Source: Myxococcales bacterium
GTDB lineage: Bacteria > Myxococcota_A > Polyangia > Polyangiales > DASUME01
DNA: 64,000 bases
Reading direction: 5' to 3'
Assembly: GCA_047601445.1 (NCBI GenBank)
Contig: JASGJH010000001.1
Location: forward strand, 4,992,001-5,056,000
Shown: in pieces, positions 41,519 to 50,206 of the stretch
How the letters are laid out: every line of letters begins with the position of its first letter
How positions within the stretch are numbered: position 1 is the first letter of the stretch
Made by a program: the position numbers and the translations under genes
The notes under the pieces: generated by a model
Seen by the model: only the letters and a program-made list of their open reading frames with translations
Databases searched by the model: none
What the model was told of the DNA's origin: nothing

Positions 41519-42637
41519 GTGTCCTCGAGATGCTCTACATTCTTGGCAGTGAGCCTGTTGGGCAGCGTCGCGCTCGGCCTCACGCCGACAAGTGCGCACG
41601 CCTGTTCCTGCCCCTTCGGACCGTATCTTTCCTGGCCTCTCGCCACGGCGACGAACGTCGCGCTGGAGCCAAGTCTAATCATCGCGGCCCCACTGCTCGA
41701 CCCAGTCCAGGTGACGTTGGTGGCCGCGGACGGCACCGAAGTCGCCGTCGAGGCGACCGGGAATCCGCGGCTCGACCCTGCTGACGCGTGCGCCGGCTCC
41801 TACTGGTTCTTTCGTCCCGCAACGCGTCTTGCGGCAAACACGACCTATTCTGTTCGCATCGACGGTGCTCCCGATTTTGCTTACACGCCGAGCTTCACCA
41901 CGGGTGAGGTCATCGCAGAGCCTGCCCCAGAAGCCCCTCCCTCCGTTCGCTATCGCCGCTTGCTGGCGCCCGCGGGATGCGATCCAAACACTGCCTCATA
42001 CTGCATGGACTACTTCGCGCTCACTGCGGAAGGAGCCGCGACCCAGAGTCGCGCTCTGACATTCCTGAAGGTCAGCGGGAAGGACCCTTCAACAGCGTCT
42101 GTGGTGTACGAGCTTGGCTTTCCGCCTCTGGAGCCACCGTCGTTCAATTTGCACAAGGTTTCGCCCGCGGATGCATGCCTCGACTACGCGTGGATCGATC
42201 GCAGCGGTGCAACGCTGCAAACAGGCACGCTTTGCGATCCAGAAAAATGCGTGCGCGCCAGCTACACGACCTGGATGGAGATGGAGTTCTGCTTTTCGTA
42301 CTACATCGACCCAACCATCTGGGAAGGCCTTCCCCCAAACAGCTGCGAAGACCCGCCCGTCCTTCCGACCGCCGAGGTGCCCGATGCTGGGATCGTCGAC
42401 GTAGAAGGGCCCGGTGATGGGACCATCGAAATGGAGGGCACGCCCGACGCGGGGCCCGACGGCAGGCCAACGACCAACGAATCGAAGGGGCTTTGCAGTG
42501 TGCAGTTCGCGGCCCCAAGTACTTCGCTGCTCAGTGGGGGATGGCTCGCGTTGCTGGCTGCCGCTCTCTGGCGGACTCGGACACGGGTGACCGCTCATGG
42601 TCGAAGCGGGGGACGCCCCAGCCGCTCGTCGCACTGA
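41519..42637 (+). CDS. Secreted Ig-like, Cys-rich surface protein with MYXO-CTERM-like tail (paralog 1)
   Basis: GGAGG plus GTG 41519, signal ending AHA-CSC, RPATRLAANTTYSVRI, tail GLCSV..WLALLAAALWRTR. Confidence 0.8.
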   Translation: MSSRCSTFLAVSLLGSVALGLTPTSAHACSCPFGPYLSWPLATATNVALEPSLIIAAPLLDPVQVTLVAADGTEVAVEATGNPRLDPADACAGSYWFFRPATRLAANTTYSVRIDGAPDFAYTPSFTTGEVIAEPAPEAPPSVRYRRLLAPAGCDPNTASYCMDYFALTAEGAATQSRALTFLKVSGKDPSTASVVYELGFPPLEPPSFNLHKVSPADACLDYAWIDRSGATLQTGTLCDPEKCVRASYTTWMEMEFCFSYYIDPTIWEGLPPNSCEDPPVLPTAEVPDAGIVDVEGPGDGTIEMEGTPDAGPDGRPTTNESKGLCSVQFAAPSTSLLSGGWLALLAAALWRTRTRVTAHGRSGGRPSRSSH

Positions 42638-42797
42638 TTGTCCGCATCTCGGTTGTCCGTGCTTCTTGATCTCTTCGTCCGCGCGAGCTTGATAGGCTGT
42701 GGCTCGCGGCGGCACGCCTCGTGCTGCAACGTGTCGTTCGAACACCAGCTTGCACAATCTGGCACAAACTCCTTCTATTCCCTCTTGGAGGCCCGGT

Positions 42798-43949
42798 ATG
42801 TCCACGAGATACGCAGCGTTGTTGACCGCGGGCTTGCTGAGCGTTGCCGCGCTCGGCTTCACCCCGACGAAGGCCCACGCCTGTTCATGCCTCCCAGGGC
42901 CCTCTCTTGCCTGGCCTTTCTCCATGGCGACGGACGTCGCGCTAGAGCCAAACCTCGTCATCGCAGTGGCGGATCTTCAACCGCTCAAAGTCACGTTGGT
43001 GGCCGCGGACGGCACGGAGATCGCCGCCGAACCGACGGAGAATCCGCGGCTCGACCATGTTCAGTCTTGCGTGAACGCCTTCTGGTTCTTTCGTCCCGCG
43101 ACGCGTCTTGCTGCGAACACGACCTATTCTGTTCGCATCGACGTAGCTGGCGATAGCGATCCTTCGTCGAGCTTCACCACCGGTGAGGTGATCGCAGAGC
43201 TTACTCCGACGGCTCTGCCTTCGCTCCGCTATCACCGTTTGTTGGCGCCGGAGGGCTGTAGCCCCGAGGACCCGTACTGCTCGGACTTCATCGGGCTCGA
43301 AGAAGCCGATGTGCCAAGTGGCGCTCCCACATTCCTGAAGATCAGCGGGAAAGCACCCTCCACGGACCCGGTGGTGTACGAGCTGGCCGTACGAGAGTTC
43401 AACTACGCTCCCCCATCTCTCATCGATCTACAGAAGGTTTCGCCCGCTGACGCATGCCTCGACTACACGTGGATCGACCGTAGCGGTGCGACACTGCAGA
43501 CAGGCACGCTGTGCGATCCGAAAAAGTGTGCCCGCGCGAGCCCGACGACGTTGCTGGAGACACGGTCTTCTTGCTCGCTTTACTACCTCGACATGGCCGC
43601 CTGGGACGCCCTACCCGACAACAACTGCGACGACCCACCTGTGCTTCCGACACGCTGGGCTTCCGATGCCGGGATCGGCGACGCAGAAGCGCCCGATGCT
43701 TCTCACGTCGTCGACGCGAAGGTCACGCCAACGCGTGACGCCGGACCCGACAGGAGTCCAACGGCGAGCGAGTCGACGGGGATGTGTAGCGTTCGGGTCG
43801 CAGCACCGAGGTCTTCGATGTTCGGTGGAGGATGGCTTGCTTTGCTGGCTGCGGTGCTCTGGCGGGCTCGGGCTCGGACGCGGGTGGCTGCTGGTGGTCG
43901 GAGCGGGGGACGCCCTGGCCGCTCGTCGCGCTGCTGCGGTGCGCGTTAG
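42798..43949 (+). CDS. Secreted Ig-like, Cys-rich surface protein with MYXO-CTERM-like tail (paralog 2)
   Basis: GGAGG plus ATG 42798. Shares blocks such as KVSPADACLDY.WIDRSGATLQTGTLCDP with paralog 1. Confidence 0.8.
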   Translation: MSTRYAALLTAGLLSVAALGFTPTKAHACSCLPGPSLAWPFSMATDVALEPNLVIAVADLQPLKVTLVAADGTEIAAEPTENPRLDHVQSCVNAFWFFRPATRLAANTTYSVRIDVAGDSDPSSSFTTGEVIAELTPTALPSLRYHRLLAPEGCSPEDPYCSDFIGLEEADVPSGAPTFLKISGKAPSTDPVVYELAVREFNYAPPSLIDLQKVSPADACLDYTWIDRSGATLQTGTLCDPKKCARASPTTLLETRSSCSLYYLDMAAWDALPDNNCDDPPVLPTRWASDAGIGDAEAPDASHVVDAKVTPTRDAGPDRSPTASESTGMCSVRVAAPRSSMFGGGWLALLAAVLWRARARTRVAAGGRSGGRPGRSSRCCGAR

Positions 43950-44112
43950 GTCGTACGTCATGGGATGCTTGGTGGCCGGTTGGCCGCATGCGGCTCGGAC
44001 GCGGGTGGCTGCTGGTGGTCGGAGCGGGGGACGCCCTGGCCGCTCGTCGCGCTGCTGCGGTGCGCGTTAGGTCGTACGTCATGGGATGCTTGGTGGCCGG
44101 TTGGCCGCATGC
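43871..44112. repeat. Exact 121-bp tandem duplication of the left part of repeat copy A
   Basis: 43871-43991 equals 43992-44112 by direct reading. Confidence 0.9.
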
Positions 44113-44250
44113 GCGCCGAGGAACGGCGCGCGGGCTGTTCTTACGGGGTGAGGCGTCTGCACGGTTGTACGTCTGTTCTTCGACTCGGGCGGGGGCGCTC
44201 CAATGCGCGGCCAGGACGTCCCCCGCTCCGACCACCAGCAGCCACCCGCG
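44000..44250 (-). repeat. Composite repeat copy A: 44-bp inverted arms around a ~167-nt conserved core
   Basis: Arms 44000-43 and 44207-50 are complementary with one mismatch. The core is the reverse complement of 45322-45489. Confidence 0.9.
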
Positions 44251-44255
44251 CTCTC

Positions 44256-44451
44256 GTGTTCTCTTGGTCCCACGTGAGCTTGGTGTTCTCTTGGTCCCAC
44301 GTGAGCTTGGTGTTCTCTCGGGCCCACGTGAACCTGGTGTTCTCTTGGTCCCACGTGAGCTTGGTGTTCTCTCGGGCCCGCGTGAGCCTGGTGTTCTCTC
44401 GGGTTCGCGTGAGCCTGGTGTTCTCTCGGGTTCGCGAACTCGGCGTTCCCT
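44256..44451. repeat. 27-bp minisatellite, about 7 copies
   Basis: Unit GTGTTCTCTYGGKCCCRCGTGAGCYTG starting at 44256, 44283, 44310, 44337, 44364, 44391, 44418. No spacers. Confidence 0.93.
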
Positions 44452-44484
44452 TCGAATGATTTCAATGCCTACTATGGTCCCGCC

Positions 44485-45165
44485 GTGACTGGTTCGCGGA
44501 AGGTTGTACTTGCTCGTTGTGGGGAGCTCGATAGCTTCAGCGGGATCACGCGGTCCAGAGAGGTGGTTGGCGTGTCTGGCACCCACGCAGCGATTCAAGG
44601 ATATGGACCTGGGTCCGACACGCTGCTCGTGTTCACCAAACGCCCACAGCCCGTCGTCCCGCAGGTCTTGGCAGGCATCATCTTCGTCTCTTTTGTCGCG
44701 GTGTTCGGCGGCTGGCGGGGCATGCTCATGCTGCTGCTTGGCGCGCCATTCTTCGTGCTTGCGTTGTTCCTGGAGCGTCTGGCTGGCTACGTCTGCGTCG
44801 TTGCCCTCGAACGACAAACTCTGGTGCTGGTCGGGTATCGCTTCGGACGGCCATACTCGGTCCGATTAGCGCTTACCGAGATCGCGCGCGCCGTCCGCGG
44901 ACGCGAGTACGGCTGTGCGCATCGGTTGCGTCTGGAGATGCGTCATGGACAAACGTATTGGCTCACGTTCATGACGGGAGGCCGAAATCCCGGCCCATAC
45001 TTCGACCTGCTCGTGAACCATACGAATCTTCGATTTCCAGAAGGATCCGCCATCCCGGAGACGGTCCGAATGTTTTCACGTGCGCTTTCGGACTTGGGAG
45101 TCGAGGTGTCCGAAGACCCATTACCGACCTATCCCCGCGTCCGCTACTGGCCCACCAAGGACTGA
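44485..45165 (+). CDS. Hypothetical membrane protein (two TM helices plus soluble domain)
   Basis: 226-aa ORF filling the gap between repeat copies A and B. Visibly more A/T-ending codons than neighbours. Confidence 0.6.
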   Translation: MTGSRKVVLARCGELDSFSGITRSREVVGVSGTHAAIQGYGPGSDTLLVFTKRPQPVVPQVLAGIIFVSFVAVFGGWRGMLMLLLGAPFFVLALFLERLAGYVCVVALERQTLVLVGYRFGRPYSVRLALTEIARAVRGREYGCAHRLRLEMRHGQTYWLTFMTGGRNPGPYFDLLVNHTNLRFPEGSAIPETVRMFSRALSDLGVEVSEDPLPTYPRVRYWPTKD

Positions 45166-45217
45166 GCTTCGACTGACGTTGGGTCAGCGCGGCTGGAGGA
45201 AGCACCCTGAGATAGGA

Positions 45218-45532
45218 CACACCAAGCGCACTCGAGAGAGAACACGAGAGAGCGGCGTGGACTAGAGAACACGAGCGAGCGGGTGGCTGCTCGTGGCGGT
45301 GGGCGCGGGTTCGCCCTGGCCGCGCATTGGAGCGCCCCCGCCCGAGTCGAAGAACAGACGTACAACGCTTCCCAGATCCCCACCCCAGAAGTACAGCCCG
45401 CGCGCCGTTCCTCGGCGCGCATGCGGCCAACCGGCCCCCAAGCACTCCATGACGTACGACCTAACGCGCACCGCATCAGCGCGACGAGCGGACAGGGCGG
45501 CACCGTGCCCGCCGCCGCGAGCAGCCACCCGC
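45218..45532 (+). repeat. Composite repeat copy B: degenerate 27-bp units plus fold-back 45279-45532
   Basis: AGAGAACACGAG units, then ~45-bp arms around the core GCGCATTGGAGCGCC...CAGCGCGACGAGC. Confidence 0.88.
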
Positions 45533-45553
45533 GTCGCGACGAGCGGCCACCCG

Positions 45554-47431
45554 CTATTTAGCGGAGAAGAATGCCCCGAGCGTCTCCAGAAGCTTCGGCC
45601 CCTCGAGCCACACCATGATCGCCACGCCCATCAACGATTCGCCCGCGATCAAACCCGATGAGACCGGGATCGTATAGGCCTGATCGACCTGCGGCCGGGT
45701 GCGCCCGATCAGCCACGCGGCCAAGGCACCGATGAACATGGAGATGGAGTTGAACGCAGGGATCACGCCGGCGATGCCGAGGCCGGTCGCAGACGGCAGC
45801 CACTTGCGGTACTTGGCGGGCAAGAGCTCTTCGGCCACGGCGAGGCCGATCCCGATGGCCGCTCCGAACACGACCGCGATCAGCGCGCCCTTGGGCAGCG
45901 CCTCGAGTCCCTTGGCGAGCATCTCGGCGACGCCGGCCCATACCTTGGCTGCCGGCGCGGGGAGTTCTTCGGAGCCGAGCTTTTCGGGCGTGGCGATCAG
46001 GGTGTACACGGGGACGCACATCAAGGTGCCCGCGAGTACGCCGAACAACTGCGCGATGGTCTGTTTGCGCGGGCTGCCACCGAGCAAGTAGCCGGACTTC
46101 AGGTCGGTGAGTAGGTCGGCCGCGTGAGCGGAAGCGGCGGACGTGATCGACGCGGTCATCAGGTTGGTGGTGATGTTGGCTGGCGCGATCACGCCGTAGG
46201 CGAGCTGGGTGATCTTGCCCAGGGCTCCGATGGGCGTGACATCGGTCTCTCCCGTAGCGCGCGCCGCGACGATGGACAGCAAGAACGTGGCGAGCACGGC
46301 AAGCACGCCCATCCACCAGGTGATCTGGAAGAACCAGTGACCGAGCATCACGCACGCAAGGCCCGAGAGGAGAGTGCCCCACAGCGTCCAGGACACGGGC
46401 ACTTCGATGTCCGCGAGCGGATCTTGCGTGGCCTTGTCGGCGTCCGCGCGGAACATGTCGCCCACGCCCGAGAGCGCGCGGCCGATGGTGCGCCAGCGGA
46501 AGCACAGCGACGTGATGCTGGAGGAGATCATCATCGCGGTAGCGGGCCAGAGCGTCCAGGAGACGATGCTGCGATAGCCGGGCTTGACGATGCCCGCTGA
46601 GACCACCATCTCGCCGGCCACACCGAAGAAGAGCACGGCCCCCAAAAGCAGCGAGATCCCCACGCGGATGCCCATGATGGCGCCTGCGGCCACCATGATG
46701 CTCGACCCCTCGAAGCCGATCGTGAGGTCGTCCAGCCAGCGCTTGGCGCGTTCCCCCCAAAACAGCGGAAAGGCGCTCGGAATGGCGTGCTTTCCCATGG
46801 CGGGTGCGTCACGCAGAAAGGCGAGCACCGCGCCGAGCACCGACGCAGCGATCAGCGAGCGCGCCTTTTGCACGGCCTCGCGACCCACCGTGTGCATCGA
46901 GCGCAGTGTCTCCGCGGTGGCGATGCCGGAAGGGAAAGGCAGCTTGTCGTGATTGATGAGCTGACGCTTGAGCGGCACCGCCAGGAACACGCCGAGCACC
47001 GAAGTGGCGAACAGCCACGGCATGGTCTCCCACCAGGTGAGCACGCGGCCGGTGGTCATGTAGAGCGCTGGCAGGGCCGAGGCCAAACCGGAGGTAGCCA
47101 TGTAGCCGGCGGCGCTGGCCGCACTCGACATGGTGTTGTTCTCGAGGATGCTGAAGGGATCCTTGCGATAGGCCGGGACGATGGCCTCGAGCGCCTTGAA
47201 CACCGAGAAGGCGATGATGCAGGCGGTGATGGTCACCCCGAGTCCCCAACCCGTCTTGAGTCCGACGTAGAGGTTGGAGATGGACATCACGGCGCCGATG
47301 GCCATGCCGCTCACCAGGGAGCGCACCGAGAGCTGGCGCACCGTGTCCCCGCGGTAGACCTCGGCCCGCCACGCGCGGTCGGAAGCAAAGGGATCGTGGT
47401 CGGCTGCCGCGGCGGGGTCGGGTCGCTCCAT
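45554..47431 (-). CDS. OPT family oligopeptide transporter
   Basis: NLYVGLKTGW, LENN, LPFPSG, GETDVTP, DLKSGYLLG, SGLIAGES. Start at ATG 47431. Confidence 0.92.
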   Translation of the reverse strand: MERPDPAAAADHDPFASDRAWRAEVYRGDTVRQLSVRSLVSGMAIGAVMSISNLYVGLKTGWGLGVTITACIIAFSVFKALEAIVPAYRKDPFSILENNTMSSAASAAGYMATSGLASALPALYMTTGRVLTWWETMPWLFATSVLGVFLAVPLKRQLINHDKLPFPSGIATAETLRSMHTVGREAVQKARSLIAASVLGAVLAFLRDAPAMGKHAIPSAFPLFWGERAKRWLDDLTIGFEGSSIMVAAGAIMGIRVGISLLLGAVLFFGVAGEMVVSAGIVKPGYRSIVSWTLWPATAMMISSSITSLCFRWRTIGRALSGVGDMFRADADKATQDPLADIEVPVSWTLWGTLLSGLACVMLGHWFFQITWWMGVLAVLATFLLSIVAARATGETDVTPIGALGKITQLAYGVIAPANITTNLMTASITSAASAHAADLLTDLKSGYLLGGSPRKQTIAQLFGVLAGTLMCVPVYTLIATPEKLGSEELPAPAAKVWAGVAEMLAKGLEALPKGALIAVVFGAAIGIGLAVAEELLPAKYRKWLPSATGLGIAGVIPAFNSISMFIGALAAWLIGRTRPQVDQAYTIPVSSGLIAGESLMGVAIMVWLEGPKLLETLGAFFSAK

Positions 47432-47559
47432 GTGCCCGTCAGTATAAGCAGGGGAAGTTCGCTTGGTGCGCCGATTCACGAATCGCTTTCACCCGGACGA
47501 GCGTTGGACCGTTGCTGCGCGCTCAGGGCCCGAGCGTGTATGAAAGAGGAAGGTACGCG

Positions 47560-48246
47560 ATGGTCAGCCTCTTAAAACCCAGCTTGCTCCTGCTCCTGCT
47601 TGGGGTCGGAGCTCTCTCTCTGAGCGCCCGGGCACAAGCCCAATTGGCCCCTAGTTCGACGGTCCCTGCGGTGGAAGCCACGCCCGTGGCGACACCCGTG
47701 GCAGAGCCCGCGTCGGCCCCTGCGCTTCAGCCCCCGCCCGCGCCGGGCCCACCCATGGCGCTCGACACCGGCTGCCGACCCGGCGACTGCAACGTGGAAG
47801 CACGAGGCACGCCGCCCGCCGCATTCGAAACCACCGCCCCCGGACCCGCCGGTTCCCGCCCACCCCCTGGCACCCTGCTGCGCATGGACGGAACGACCTA
47901 CGAGGCACCCCCGGCGAAGAAGCCCAGACTCCCCAAGCTATGGGCGCCCATCACGCTCACCTGCATCGGCGCCACCTTTCTGGTCCCCGGCGTCACCATC
48001 CTGACCATCGCTCTCATCGACCGCAGCACCGGCGGCGACGGCGATCCCGAAGACACCGCCGAATACACCACCGTGCAAGGCGCCGGCATGCTCGTCCTCT
48101 CCGGTGCCGCCCTCACCTTCGGCATCATTTGGCTCAAGAGACGCAAGGCGGAACGCCGACGCATGCGCGAAGAAATGGCAGCAGGCCTCGCGGGCTTCTC
48201 GTGGGGCATCATGGGAGCAGGGGCTCGGGTGACGCTGAGGATGTGA
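47560..48246 (+). CDS. Hypothetical protein: signal peptide, Pro-rich linker, two TM segments
   Basis: MVSLLKPSLLLLLLGVGALSLSARAQA and hydrophobic C-terminal segments. Confidence 0.65.
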   Translation: MVSLLKPSLLLLLLGVGALSLSARAQAQLAPSSTVPAVEATPVATPVAEPASAPALQPPPAPGPPMALDTGCRPGDCNVEARGTPPAAFETTAPGPAGSRPPPGTLLRMDGTTYEAPPAKKPRLPKLWAPITLTCIGATFLVPGVTILTIALIDRSTGGDGDPEDTAEYTTVQGAGMLVLSGAALTFGIIWLKRRKAERRRMREEMAAGLAGFSWGIMGAGARVTLRM

Positions 48247-48291
48247 CGGCGCGCCCATGCGAACTGTCCGCAGCACGGCCCTCTCGATCCC

Positions 48292-49023
48292 CTACGGCCA
48301 CAACGAGACTCCTACCAGCAAGCTCAGCGTAACCATGCGCTCGTAGCTCTTGGGTGGAGCATGCTGAGTCCCCACCGAGGTCTCGGACTTGAGGAAGTCG
48401 TAGGCGAACACGGCGCTCAGGTCGATGCTACCGCCGCGCAGCACGAAGAAGTGCCCCACCAAGCCGAGCAGCGGCCCCAGGGCACGTGTCTTGGTCTCGC
48501 TCTGGATGGGCAGCTCGGGTCCGTTGTCGCGTAACCAGGGCTTGGCGTGATAGCGCCTGAAATCCAGGCCTCCCAGCGCACTCAGCACCACGCGTGAGTC
48601 GGGTGTGATCGGGAACTCACAAGCCGGACGCAGCATGAAGGCGCGCTCGGGTGACTCATCGGTAGAGTCCTGCACTGCACCCTGGGAGAAATCGTAGCGG
48701 TGGCGTCGCGCTTCCACGGCGAACTGCAGCGAGGGAACGACGTGGCGGTGCACGACATAGCCAGCACCGAAGGCGACATACCCCGGGATGCCTCCCGAGA
48801 GCCGCCCGCCCGTGGGCCCGAACCCAATCTCTCGCTCCACCGTGGTCTGCGGTTCCGAAAGATTCTCGTAGCGAGATTCCGCGCGTTGATAGTCGAGCAG
48901 GACGGTGTTCACCGAGAACACGAAGTGCCCCTGCTCCACCTGCGCCACACCAAAGGCCGGCCACAGCATGCCCATCAAGCAGAGCGACCACGGCAGCAAC
49001 CCACTCAACCAACGACGGCGCAT
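48292..49023 (-). CDS. Probable outer-membrane beta-barrel protein
   Basis: Signal peptide, amphipathic strands, terminal LLVGVSLWP. Confidence 0.6.
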   Translation of the reverse strand: MRRRWLSGLLPWSLCLMGMLWPAFGVAQVEQGHFVFSVNTVLLDYQRAESRYENLSEPQTTVEREIGFGPTGGRLSGGIPGYVAFGAGYVVHRHVVPSLQFAVEARRHRYDFSQGAVQDSTDESPERAFMLRPACEFPITPDSRVVLSALGGLDFRRYHAKPWLRDNGPELPIQSETKTRALGPLLGLVGHFFVLRGGSIDLSAVFAYDFLKSETSVGTQHAPPKSYERMVTLSLLVGVSLWP

Positions 49024-49133
49024 CGCGCTGCTTCTCACGCCAAGCCCGGCATGTCGACCCCGAAGCCCCGAGCTCACCCGGAGAAGGAGTTGCGTTGAGA
49101 CCCCGCGGGTCAGGGGGCGTCGAGCCTACCCGG

Positions 49134-49499
49134 GCACGATGCACGCTCGAGATCATGCGAGGCCCAGTGAACGCTCGAGCACCATGCACGCTCGAGATCA
49201 CGCGAGCCCCAGTGAACGCCCGAGCCAAACCCGGGCACCATGCACGCTCGAGCACACCCCGTGGCGCGGCTGGAGGGGGGCTGGGTCAGGTCACGGCGCA
49301 TTGGAGCGCCCCCCGCTCGGATCGAAGAACAGACGTACGACACCCCCCAGATCCCCCGCCCCACGAGTGCAGCCCGCGCGCCGTCCTCGGCGCGCATGCG
49401 GCCAACCGGTCCCCAAGCACCTCAAGAAGTACGACCGAGGCGCGAAGCAGCGCGACGAGCCATGACCTGACCCCGCCCCCCTCCAGCCGCGCCACCGGG
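49134..49499 (+). repeat. Composite repeat copy C: 45-bp tandem units plus fold-back 49261-49495
   Basis: 45-bp units at 49134 and 49179 plus a partial third. 37-bp arms (two mismatches) of different sequence around the same core, 49296-49460. Confidence 0.88.
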
Positions 49500-49551
49500 A
49501 GTGGGAGAGCTCTGGATACGTGTTCAGGTTGGTGGTACCGTCCGCCGAACC

Positions 49552-50166
49552 ATGATCGGCCGACTTACCGGTATCATTGTGGATCAGACCCTGGACGGCG
49601 CCTGCGTGGTCGACGTCTCGGGGGTGGGTTACGAGGTCTTCGTGCCGCTCGGCGCCCTCGGGCGCCTGGCGCGCGCCACCGAGCGCGTGACGCTGCACGT
49701 CCATACCCAAATGCGCGAGGACGCGCTCACGCTGTACGGCTTCCCGACGCTGGAGGACCGTACCGCCTTTCGCACCCTGCTGGGGGTCAACGGCGTGGGG
49801 CCCAAGCTGGCTCTCGGGATCATGGGCAGTCTCACCGCCAGCGAGCTGGCCGACGCCCTCAATCGCGGCGACAAGGCGCGCTTCAAGGGCATCAGCGGCG
49901 TAGGCCCCAAGATCGTCGAGCGTCTGGTGCTCGAGCTCAAGGACAAGCTGCACTTCGTGGGGGGCGCCATGAGCGCGCCGATGCCCGCGCCCAAGAGCGC
50001 GCCCCAGAGCGCGTTCACGGGCATCCTGGCCACCGTGCACGGCGCGTTGGTGCAGATGGGGTTCAAGCCCTTCGAGGCCGAGACGGCGCTGCAGAAGATT
50101 CAGCCGAAGGCCGAAGGCAAGGCCGCCGAAGAGCTCTTGCGCGAGGCGCTAGCGTCCCTCGCCTGA
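49552..50166 (+). CDS. ruvA: Holliday junction branch migration protein RuvA
   Basis: MIGRLTG, GVGYEV, REDALTLYGF, GVGPKLAL, LELKDK. Confidence 0.96.
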   Translation: MIGRLTGIIVDQTLDGACVVDVSGVGYEVFVPLGALGRLARATERVTLHVHTQMREDALTLYGFPTLEDRTAFRTLLGVNGVGPKLALGIMGSLTASELADALNRGDKARFKGISGVGPKIVERLVLELKDKLHFVGGAMSAPMPAPKSAPQSAFTGILATVHGALVQMGFKPFEAETALQKIQPKAEGKAAEELLREALASLA

Positions 50167-50206
50167 GGCGCGCCAGCACGTTTGGAAAGCAAGTTTGGAA
50201 GGCAGC

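Noticed and set aside
44256..44451. CRISPR array (units begin GTGTTC, like type I-E repeats)
   Set aside because: Units are head-to-tail with no unique spacers, and no cas genes are in the window.
43723..44817. ORFs across the repeats (43723-44817, 43832-44488, 43965-44459, 44079-44465)
   Set aside because: They are low-complexity translations of the 27-bp and 121-bp repeats, and frames are not preserved between element copies.
44000..49499. Retron msr-msd identity for the fold-back element
   Set aside because: Sequence-flexible closing arms fit, but there is no long msd hairpin and no reverse transcriptase nearby. Kept only as a remote hypothesis.
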